DNA from: Octopus sinensis
Taxonomy: Eukaryota
Direction of reading: 5' to 3'
Length of the DNA stretch: 64,000 bases
NCBI RefSeq assembly: GCF_006345805.1
Contig: NC_043010.1
Span: 60,636,001 to 60,700,000, forward strand
The notes beneath the pieces were generated by a model. The model was not told the DNA's origin, did no database searches, and saw only the letters and a program-made list of their open reading frames with translations. The position numbers and the translations under genes were made by a program. Below, piece after piece: positions 12,301 to 23,625 of this stretch (its first letter is position 1; every line of letters starts with the position of its first letter).

Positions 12301-15033
12301 TTTCTTGCGAGCTTACGCATATCCTCAGCAGTCACGGCCCATGTTTCACTACCATGTAGCATGGCTGTACGTACACATGCATCATACAGTCTGCCTTTTA
12401 CTCTGAGCGAGAGGCCTTTTGTCACCAGCAGGGGTAAGAGCTCTCTAAACTTTGCCCAGGCTATTCTTACTCTAGCAGTTACACTTTCAGCACACCCACC
12501 CCCGCTACTGACTTGGTCTCCTAGGTAGCGGAAGCTATCAACTACTTCTAGTTGTCTCCCTGGAACGTGGCAGAAGTTGGTCTCTGCATATTTCCAGTGT
12601 TTATTGCTCCTGAGCATTTGCCACAGACAAAAACTATTTTCCTAGTTAGCCTTCCTTTGACATTGCTGCACCTCTTATGTGTCCATAGCTTACACTTGGT
12701 GCATCTTATAGAGTTTCTACCTACACCTTTTTACAGATCGAGCAGGGCCATCTACCTGAAGGCGTTTGTGATTGATCTACCTTCCTACTTATTAGGACTT
12801 TGGTTTTGGCTAGGTTGATTCTAAGGCCCTTCGATTCTAATCCTTGTTTCCACACCTGAAACTTCTCCTCCAGTTCTGATAGTGACTCAGCAATTAGAGC
12901 AAGGTCATCAGCATAGAGGAGCTCCCAGGGGCAACCTGTCTTGAATTCCTCCGTTATTGCCTGGAGGACTATGATAAATAGGAGGGGACTGAGGACTGAA
13001 CCTTGGTGGACCCCAACCTCTACCCGGAATTCTTCACTGTACTCGTTGCCAACCCTCACCTTACTAGCAGCGTCTCTGTACATGGCTTGCACAGCTCTCA
13101 CCAACCATTCTTCTATCCCTAGTTTCCTCATTGACCACCAGATAAGGGACCGGGGGACCCTGTCAAAGGCTTTCTCCAAGTCAACAAAAGCCAGGTACAA
13201 GGGCTTATCTTTGGCTAGGTATTTCTCCTGCAGCTGTCTTACCAGGAATATAGCATCAGTAGTACTTTTCCCTGGCACGAACCCAAACTGCATATCATCT
13301 AAGGTAACTCTCTCTCTAATTAGTTGGGCTACAACCCTCTCCGTAACCTTCATTACCTGATCCAGCAGCTTGATGCCCCTGTAGTTATTTGTCTCTAGGG
13401 CGTCGCCTTTACCTTTGTAGCAGTTGACTATTATGCTGCTACACCAGTCATTGGGTATGACCCCCTCGTGTATCACCTGGTTAACTATACGGGTGACTAA
13501 GCTATAGCCGACACCACCAGATATTTTGAGCATCTCTGCAGTAATTCCTGATGGGCCTGGGGCTTTCCCTGTTTTCATGCTTCTAATTGCCTTATCTACT
13601 AAGGAACTGTTAACTCGGATTGCTGGTCCCTCTGTTGGGTCGACATTCGGCAGACTCTCTTTATCCCATTCATTTTCTTCATTCAGCAACCTATCATAGT
13701 GGCGTCTCCAAGCCTCTCTCTTTGCACCCTCATTAAGTGCAAGTGAACCGTCCTCCTTGCGAACACATTTCTCTCCTACCACGTCACGATTCTCTCTCAC
13801 ACACTGTCTTGCAACACGAAATACCTCAAGTCTTTCATCCTCACGACGCAGGACATTGGCAAATTTTTCCTTCTCTGCTTCCCCTCTGGCTAGATAGACC
13901 TGTCTCCTGGCTTCCCTTCTGGCAGACTGATACACTTCCCTGCTACCACCGTTCTTCCAGGCCTTCCAAGCCTGTTTCTTTTGTCTAATAGCCCTGTCAA
14001 CAATATTGTTCCACCACCACGTTATTTTGGGTCTTAAGGGGACTTTGCACCAGCCACAGATCTGGTCAGCGGCTTTCAGCAGGTTGTCCCTGAGAAGCGT
14101 CCTGTTGTCTTCTACCCCATGCGTAGCTATACTCCCTTCCATTTCGTCTAAGGCTTCAAATAACATATCTCTAAATCTCTGTCCATTCGCAGGGTCTTTA
14201 AGCTTCCAGACCCTTCTTCTCCATGTTGGTCGTCTTCTAGTCGCCCTCTTAGTCCTGATCCTAAAGTCACTAACTACCAGTCTATGTTGTGGGGTGCATT
14301 CTTCACCTGGGAAGGTTTTGGCATTTATAAGCAGCCATCTTTCCCTTTTTCTGGCAAGGATGTAGTCGATTTGGCTAGTATGCCGGCCCGATCGGTAGGT
14401 GACCAGGTGGCTTGTCGGTTTCCTGAAGTTAGTGTTGCAAATCATAAGACTATTCGCATCGCAGAACTCCAGCAGCCTGGTTCCCTCCTCGTTGCGGGAA
14501 CCATAACCGTAGCCTCCATGCACGCCATGGAAGCCCCCAGCACATCGTCCAACATGCCCATTGAAGTCACCAGCCACAAAGAGAAGGTCCCTGTCGTTCG
14601 TCAATGATGTGGTCTGCAGTAGGGTGTCATAGAAACAGTCTTTCTGTCCATCAGGTAGCCCTGGCTGAGGGGCATAGGCCGATATAATAGTTGCTAAACT
14701 ATGGTGGAGCACTAATCTAATCTTAATTATTCTGTCACTTACTCTGACTACCTCGATTACCTTATCTACCCATTTTTCGGCGATAAGCATGCCCACACCC
14801 CCGACTCCGTCAGTATTCCCAGCCCAGAAAATCTTGTACCTCTGTCCTTTGCCTGTGAGGAACCTAGCAGAACCTCCTCTCCACCTCACTTCTTGAATGC
14901 AGCATATATCAACCCACCTCCGTTCAAGCAATTCAACTATCTCGCCAGATCTGCCTTTCAGTGTGCCGACGTTGAGGGTGCCAACCCTGAGGCTGTGGGT
15001 GGGGGTGGAAGTGGTATTGGTCCTAATAGCGTC
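9316..15033 (-). mobile_element. Near full-length RTE-clade non-LTR retrotransposon (APE endonuclease + reverse transcriptase), 5' end missing, two 1-nt frameshifts
   Basis: ORF 12721-15084 has APE motifs (GTLNVGTL, CIQEVRW, SAYAPQ, GDFNGHVG, QIDYIL) and RT motifs (QFGF, FVDLEKAFDRV, GVHQGSVLSP, YADD). It continues after frameshifts (~12730, ~12553) into ORF 11964-12617. Repeat-expanded 3' UTR ends in (GAT)n at 9316-9336; (TA)n on both flanks. Confidence 0.95.
9480..11900. repeat. Nested tandem repeats in the RTE 3' UTR including a 1042-bp-period duplication
   Basis: Identical ORF-track peptides at offset 1042 (9829/10871, 10036/11078, 10183/11225); subunits ATGTGCCACCGACACAGGTGCCAG and CACTTGCCTCAACAGGTCTTCACAAGTGTCA. 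Confidence 0.9.
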
Positions 15034-15078
15034 ATATATATATATATATGAATGTGTGTGTATATATACATTATATAC

Positions 15079-15472
15079 ATACAAGGTGGTGTTAAATAGT
15101 TCCTGGACTAATTTTGTTGTGCAAAATGGCAGTATACAGTTGCATGTGCAGTGAGAGCTAGCAGTGACCTTTATGAGGCTGTGTAGTGAGTAACATAACT
15201 GGGTTTACTTCACAAGTTGTTAAATTTGTGTTTTTGTGATCACATGTTTGCAGTAGTCTGTGATTTTTTCATAGTCAGGAAGTTGGAACAAAAAAACTGT
15301 TGTGAAATTTTGCATTAAACTTAGGAAGTCTACTACAGAGACATTGAGCATGCTTCTGCAATCTTATGGCAATGAGGCAATGGGTTATATGCAATATTTC
15401 AAGTCACACAAGTACTTTAAAAGTGGAAGAACATCCCTGAAAGACAATGAACAATCTGGAAGACTTGCCACT
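15079..15472 (+). mobile_element. Tc1/mariner transposon 5' relic
   Basis: ~15305-15470 reads KFCIKLRKSTTETLSMLLQSYGNEAMG..FKSGRTSLKDNEQSGRL, resembling the mariner transposase N-terminal HTH region. Confidence 0.65.
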
Positions 15473-15586
15473 TTTATATGAAGTATATGAAGTATATCTG
15501 AATGATAAATAATGAGACATGTTGACAATTCAATTCAGGCTGTTTTATTCTGTAGAGATAAGTCTACCCATTAATGATTGTCACAT

Positions 15587-16805
15587 TTCCAGGGAGAAAA
15601 ACTAGAAATAGTTGATAGTTTCCGTTACCTAGGTGACCAAGTCAGCAGCGGGGGCGGGTGTGCTGAAAGTGTAACTGCTAGAGTAAGAATAGCTTGGGCA
15701 AAGTTCAGAGAGCTCTTACCTCTGCTGGTGACAAAAGGCCTCTCGCACAGAGTGAAAGGCAGACTGTATGATGCGTGTGTACGAACAGCCATGCTACATG
15801 GCAGTGAAACATGGGCCGTGACTGCTGAGGATATGCGTAAGCTCGCTAGAAATGAAGCCAGTATGCTCCGATGGATGTGTAATGCCGGTACTCACACTCG
15901 GCAGAGTGTAAGTACCTTGAAAGAAAAGCTGGACCTAAGAAGCATCAGTTGTGGTGTGCAAGAGAGACGTTTGCGCTGGTATGGTCATGTGGCGAGAATG
16001 GATGAAGATAGTTGTGTGAAAAAGTGCCACACCCTAGCGGTTGAGGGAACCTGTGGAAGAGGCAGACCCAGGAAAACCTGGGACGAGGTGGTGAAGCACG
16101 ACCTTCGAACTTTAGGTCTCACTGAGGAAATGACTAGAGACCGAGACCTCTGGAAGTGTGCTGTGCGCGAGAAGACCCGGCAGGACAAGTGAGTCCATAA
16201 CCCGTGGCCTTCTACATGGGATGGAGCCAGCCTACGTATGCATACCTTCCCTTCTTGGGACACAAAACTCTACTTGTGAAGACGTGTTGAGGCAAGTGAG
16301 GATCAGAATCGAAATCGATCAATGGAAATTGCGGATGTGCTACCAGTGCCGGTGGCATGTCGAAACTCTGCTTGTGAAGACCCGTTGAGGCAAGTGAGGA
16401 TCAGAATCGAAATCGATCAATGGAAATCGATCAATGGAAATTGCAGATGTGTTACCAGTGCCGGTGGCATGTAAGAGAACTTTCCGTTTCGCGACCGTTG
16501 CCAGCACCGCCCCGTTTCGTGTCCATTGCCAGCCTCGCCTGGCCCTCGTGCCGGTGGCACATAAAAAGCACCATCCGTTCGTGGCCGTTTGCCAGCTCTG
16601 TCTGGCACCAGTGAGGGTGGCACGTAAAAAGCACCCACTACACTCACGGAGTGGTTGGCGTTAGGAAGGGCATCCAGCCATAGAAACACTGCCAGATTTG
16701 ACTGGGCCTGATGAAGCCTTCTGGCTTCACAGACCCCAGTAGAACCGTCCAACCCATGCTAGCATGGAAAACGGACGCTAAACGATGATGATGATGATGA
16801 TGATG
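15587..16805 (+). mobile_element. 5'-truncated RTE LINE of the same family
   Basis: ORF 15578-16192 is ~90% identical in aa to 11964-12590. 3' UTR ends in (GAT)n; flanked by ACAT at 15583-15586 and 16806-16809. Confidence 0.92.
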
Positions 16806-16984
16806 ACATCAGGAAAAGAGAGTTATTAAATTGTACAGTGCGATGTAACATAGAATATCTACAAATGTATGTGTATATAACATGAACCCATTTGTTATTA
16901 TTTCTATAAGTTATTTTACTTTCTATTTTCCTCTTTTCTTTTGTAGAAATTTCTCCTGCTAAAGTGTGATGAAGAATTCCAGAC

Positions 16985-19384
16985 ATGACAGCATATATTG
17001 GTCTACTGTGTCTTCTACATTTACTGATCACCTTTGTACTGTCCATAGATATTACATACCATGTCAAGGAAGAAGGCAGACCTCACACCTATATAGGAGA
17101 CATTGCTGCTGACTCCAACTTATCACACCCTCTCACACATCAACAACACACTCCCATTACATTTACACAACTACAAAGGACAGTCGAGAGTGGTTCTCAC
17201 TTATTTAATGTCACCAACTCAGGAACACTATACACTACTCAAACACTGGATGCTGAGTCTCTGTGTACATACAACAAGGAATGTTCCAGAATAGTTAAAG
17301 TAGCAGTGAGGAAAGGAAAAACGTTTATGAAAATACTTAAAATTAAAATATTCATAGAAGATGTCAATGACCATTCACCAAAATTTCCAAAGAATGAAAT
17401 TCCAATTCAATTTTTGGAGAGAGACCTTAAAGGTACTAAAATTCCTCTTCCAAATGCCATTGATGAAGATATTTCAATAAAGAATTCTCAAATTACTTAT
17501 ATGATCAAGAAAAGTAAAAGAGAACCATTTTCTCTCTCAATCAAAAAAAGACATGATGGTGTCTCCATACCTGAATTAATATTGGAAGATAAATTAGACA
17601 GGGAACTCAAAGACAAATATATATTGACCTTGGAAGCTAAAGATGGAGGGTACCCTCCCAAAACAGCTACACTCAAGGTACACATATCTGTGACAGATGT
17701 CAATGATAACACACCTGTATTTTCACAGAAACTCTACAACATCTCTATAAATAATTCACATCAAAGACATTTACCAATTCTTACTTTAAAAGCCTCAGAT
17801 CAAGATTCTGGAGACAATGGAAAGATTTCTTACCATTTCAACCATAAAACATCTCGAAATATCCAGAAATATTTTGTATTGAATAAGGAAACTGGAGATT
17901 TATTTTTACATGATAATTTTCAGTTTAGTAAAAAGCAATCATATAAATTATTTATTGAAGCACAGGATGAAGGGAGTCCACCCTTAAGTTCTGTAACCAA
18001 AGTTCAGATTCACATTATTAATAACCAGAATAGTGCTCCATTGATTAACATAGATTTTGTATCTCCTTTATCAGAGAGCTCAGCAGCAGTTTCAGAAGAC
18101 AGTGAAGTAGATAGTTTTATAGCTTATGTTATGGTCACTGACACTGATAGTGGACCTAATGGTGAGGTTATCTGTGATTTAAAACATGATAAGTTTAAAC
18201 TTGCCAAAATAGATTCTAAAGAATATAAAATGATTGTTAAGGGCCATCTTGACAGAGAAATAAGGGACCACTATAAAGTATCTATTGTGTGTCATGACAT
18301 GGGGTCACCTCAACTAGAAAGTAAAAAATATTTCTCTGTCAAAGTAACTGATGTCAATGATGTAGAACCACATTTTACCAAAGAGACATTCCAATTCCTC
18401 ACCTATGAAAACCAGAAAGTTGACTTCCCTATTGGCTTCATCAATGCTACAGACCCTGATCTTGGAGATGGAGGCCAACTTACATATTCTATCATCAATG
18501 ATAACAACAATGATAATATTCCTTTCCAACTGACAAAATATGGATTCATTTCTACATCACAACCAATAGATCGAGAAATGAAAGACATCTATAAGTTCCA
18601 GGTTTTAGTGAAAGATAATGGAACACCTTCTCTCAATGACACTGCCAATATTGTTATTGAGATTCTAGATAAAAATGATAATGCTCCGTATTTTACGTTT
18701 CCTAATAATGACCCTTACAATCTCGATGTCCACTACCATCCACACAGTAAGAAGGACATCACAATTCTGAGAGCATCTGACAAAGACACTGGAAACAATG
18801 CTTTCCTCACATATGGAATACTGAGATCCAATGATAAAAACCTGTTTACAGTGAACTCACACACTGGTGTGTTATCTTTCTCTCGCACAGTTTACCAAAA
18901 TGATGCAGGAACATATGAGCTGCAGTTTATAGTGAAAGACGGTGGTACTCCAGTTCAATCAGCAACAACTGCTATCATACTAACACTGTTTGTTAGTAAT
19001 GATACATCTCCAATGTTGACTGCTGTGCCATTCCAGTCTGGTCACGACCTGAATATGACTTGGGTAATTATCATTGTAGCAGCAGCTGTAATACTATCTG
19101 TGGCTATTGTAGTGTCCATAACACTGTGTGTTTTCAGATGTATTAATCACACAAATAACTCACCCACAACAGCAGAGAATCCCAACTTTCTCTCTCAGAC
19201 TGAGATGAGACAATTACTGTATCAGACTAACAATCCTGTTGCAATAACGAGAAATGCAGAAGAGATATTTAACCGAAATCTTCAGACAATAAAATCTAAA
19301 AGTCAGTTTTTTCTGGAGATGGAACAGACACCAGATGAGTGGAAATTCTCAACAACACAAAGGAGACTTCCACCTGTGCCTCAG
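16985..19384 (+). CDS. Pcdh: Protocadherin C2, large ectodomain exon
   Basis: Open 800 codons, same architecture as C1; donor CAG|GTAAAT at 19384/19385. Confidence 0.97.
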
Positions 19385-19569
19385 GTAAATATTATTTTGG
19401 ATAATTGATGTTTTTTTGTTTATTATTATAAAGGTAGAAGTATTTTATCCATTATTCACGTATGTACAGTCATTACTGCAAATAAACTCAGCTTCAGTCC
19501 CTCAGACTGTTTTATTAGGAGTGATCTAAACTTGTATTTATACAAGATTCCACTTTCTATAATCAACAG

Positions 19570-19957
19570 AGATGTGATTCAATCCATAGTCAAGAACGTC
19601 GTACCAGTTCCATCATGTCTTACAACAGTGACACCTTAACATCCCAAAAGGACAGAGAAGCTAGCAAGAGTAATGGCAAGACTAAACCATATGATGAGAT
19701 ACCTGCAGAACCAGGTAACTTTTATCAAAACATAACATATAAATGTAATTGCCTTTATTACTGTAGGACAATATATAATGTTATGCTTAGTGTAATACAA
19801 GATCAATGTTTCTATCTTTATATATTGGAGTTGTTATATTGAAATGTAATTTGTGTTTGTATATTTGATATTTTGCAGAATATACCAATGACAATCCAGT
19901 GCAGCCACAATACTAAAGGGACAACAAATACAAGATACCTATCTACAGCCAACATAG
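19570..19957 (+). CDS. Pcdh: C2 cytoplasmic exons 2 (19570-19714) and 3 (19879-19957; 1-nt deletion near 19900)
   Basis: Paralogous to the C1 exons with the same splice sites. Exon 3 reads CCAGTGCAGCC versus CCAGT(G/T)GCAGCC in five other copies (C3 CCTGTTGCAGCC), which shifts the tail to ..NPVQPQY* as assembled. Confidence 0.75.
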
Positions 19958-20809
19958 TAGATGTTCCATGACTATTGTTAAATGATTCTCTCACACACCA
20001 AATCTTATACAATACTTTATATTCATATAAAAATATCAACTCTATGTCTCTTTCACCCATCACACACATAAAGGGCCTTACAGTGGCATCTATTATGACC
20101 CCTAATTTACGTCTTTGATTTAGTAAATATTACAAACACCTTACTCTACATTACCATACTACATTATTATAAAATAATTTTTTTACTTTCATTTTGGTAT
20201 AGGCATTTCACTAAACATAGATAACTTCATCTGAGTCATCCTAGAATGTCTAATTGTAGCATCTTTTAGTTTAACACCAATTCTAACATGTATCTTCTGC
20301 TGTTCTACTTTTATTTACAACTTTTCTCTTAGCATTTCCTTTCTGTATAACCTCTAGAAATACTTTTACTAATTACCATCCTTATAGATGGATATTTCTT
20401 GAAGGCGTAAATAGCTCACCTCTAAAAGTAAAGATAGCATACCACCAACGCCTAATCAATTTGGAATTTTTGTTAAATTTTAAAATTGAATAGTTTCATC
20501 TTTTATGAAGTCAAAATATTGAAGATAAATTTAAATATTTCCGGAATGTTCATTTTTGCTTTCAAAGTAATTAATTTGGATAAATTTTCATTTCCACAAT
20601 TAAAACTGGTTTTATTTAAACTTAAAATAAACTTTTGAAATGATAAAAGTTTAACTGTCTCTACTAAAATTTACATCTTTCTGAAAAAAGGTGTAAAATT
20701 ATATAAGTAGTTAATAATAAAGTTTGTATTTTTTCTACAAATTTATAATTTTCTAACACTAAATATTTAAGTAGTAATATTATGATATGTAAACTGTCAA
20801 TCCACTACA

Positions 20810-21420
20810 GTGTAAAGTGATTTCTCTTGATGTGTTTGTGTGACACAGACATCATTGCAGTAATTTCCTATTGGATGAGAGAGATTTTCTATATTTCTTT
20901 CAATATTGAAAGTGAGGCTGATAGCTTTTTTCTTTGTTCATCATACACACAATTGTGTGTGTGTGTGGAGGACATAGAGTTGTAACTAGCACACACCAGC
21001 ATCTGGCTAACATCTCACCTCCCACTACATACAGCAACTGTCACACTATTATATCAGCAGTTACACAGGAACAGCAGCAGCAGCTGCAGTAACACAGGAA
21101 CACTACTACAACAGCAGCAGTACCACTATAATACCACTACAGCAGCAGCAGCAGTTGGAGTGGAACACTACAGCAGGATACACATCATCCATCACACACA
21201 ACTACAGTGAAGGATTAAACAATGCAGGTAAGTCTCTCTCTCTCCCTCTCTCTCTCTCTTTATTATCTTTTCATATTCATTATAACATTTATATTATTTG
21301 TGTTTCTAATGAAAGACAGGGTAAGGATAATATCTAAAACGTCTGCCATGTTGTATATATACAGGGACTGGGACAGTGGAGGATCGAGAGATCTAGCCAT
21401 CACTTCCACCATTAACAATA
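20810..21420 (+). promoter_or_regulatory. Conserved block 2 (donor GT at 21228), putative promoter/first exon of C3
   Basis: Paralog of block 1. Confidence 0.55.
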
Positions 21421-21819
21421 CAACTGCAGTAGACATTGTAATACAATTATTTAGAACTTGACTACATTTTGTAATCTCAGACTCACACAAGACAACATTA
21501 TACAAGAGATATTAAACTATATATATATTACTATGATACATTTTGTATATAATATTGGTCTGATGTAGTCCACACCAGGTGTATGTATATTTGTTTCACT
21601 GTCAGAAAATATTGATTTATAGCCGATAAGACTGAGTGTTAATGTATATCAATATAGTTTATACGTGTTGTTGTAATAACTCATAAATTTAATCTGAATC
21701 CTTCTGTACCTTTTATGAACTTTAACAGATCACTGATATGCCTATATATATAGTGTTTGTGTACTCTGTTAAATATCTTTTATATACTTCTTTGTAATTA
21801 TGATAAACTAAGAATGTTT

Positions 21820-21844
21820 ATTATTATGATTATTATTATTATTA

Positions 21845-21894
<50 letters not shown>

Positions 21895-21895
21895 T
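21820..21895. repeat. (ATT)n microsatellite
   Basis: Direct reading; same relative position as the (ATT)n at 6400. Confidence 0.95.
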
Positions 21896-23382
21896 AGATA
21901 TTTAGTGTGAGATTATAAACTGATGATATTGTCCTGTGTTGCTAAAATATATTAACTCAGACAACAATTGATGAATTCTGAAGATTTGTTGAGAATTTTA
22001 TGAGAAATACCATCATCTGCTTTCTACAAACTGACATTACATTGTTATAGTTATTATAATATAACAAAATATTTCTCAAATATATTTTATGTAGCAGTAT
22101 GTTATGAAGCCTACTTATCGTTTGTAGTAAATATTGTTTAAAATAGTTTTGTTGCGATTTAGTCAATTTAAAATTTTAGAAATTTCTGGAAATTATTATG
22201 ATTCTTTTTTTAAGCGCATCTAATATTTTATAATCTTAATCTTTCTTTTATTAAAAATGTTGTAAAACATTTCTACATAATTTTATAAATTATTTTGTCC
22301 CTGTTATTAATATCACCACATCATTTTTAATAATTGTTGTCAAAATATGTATTATGAAGAAAGTTTTCTGCATCCCACAACAAGATTCCTTAAGTTTTGT
22401 CACTGTTTGAAATAATGAAGTCAATCTCAGTACTTTTATAAAAATATTTTTCTTTCTTTCTTGAGTAGATTGGAATTTGAAATCCCAACCCACTTATACA
22501 GCTTAAACCATTTTAGTAGGGTTACATTCACCCAACCATAAATACATACAAATTACATGAATTTTGCTCTAAGTATTTCGTTGATGTGAATTAAATTTCA
22601 AATATTTTTTTGCAATGTGAATTAATGTATATAGTTTTAGCTATAATCTCAATTAATTTTAAGATGTTTAATTATTCTATGTTTTGAAATGCTTATTGTT
22701 TAATTTAAACAATGTATTGCATCTGTTCCTGCTAATATTCTGATTAGAATATATCTCAATAAAACTACAACTATCTATTCAATAACTGTCAAAGTCAAAT
22801 AAACAGAGAAACTACAAAACATTGGCTTACACAGAATATAGTCTCTACATGAGGAATTCTGAATGATAAACAATGAGACATGCTAAGAATTTCATATTAA
22901 CATTTTAGCATTTAAACTGATCATATCCAGCCCAGATATTCTATATTTTCTGTTCAAACTGGCCAGATCAGGCCTCTCACACTTATTCATTCCAAATATA
23001 AACAATCACACCATCAAAATTTTGAACCTACAAGATAATGCATTATTGAGAGAAAAAAAATGTGACTATATAAGCATTTCATATGAGGGAGTAGCCTGAA
23101 GGTTAAAGGCCTAAAACTATGAATGTGCTAGTATATTCCACAAAAATAACTCTGCTCATGTATAATATTGATGAATGTTTATCAAGAGAAGATATATTTT
23201 GAATTGTGCAGTTGGGTATAATAGAGTATATTTACGTGTGTGTGTGTGTGTATGATTTTATTTCATAAACTATATATGTTTTTATGTACTGCTATTAATT
23301 TCACTGTGCTGAGAGCATGCCAGGCAGTATTTCTTAACATGTCTGTTGATCTTCCCATAAAAGAACAGAACATTATGTGTGC

Positions 23383-23384
<2 letters not shown>

Positions 23385-23421
<37 letters not shown>

Positions 23422-23426
23422 TATAA

Positions 23427-23512
<86 letters not shown>
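23385..23512. repeat. (TA)n/(CA)n microsatellite
   Basis: Direct reading. Confidence 0.95.
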
Positions 23513-23513
<1 letters not shown>

Positions 23514-23625
23514 GTGTATAACATTCACGTGTCTCTTATTATTTCTATAAGTTATTTTACTTTCAATACTGCTGTTGTCTTTTGTAGCAATTTCTCCTGC
23601 TGAAATGTGATGAAGAATTCCAGAC

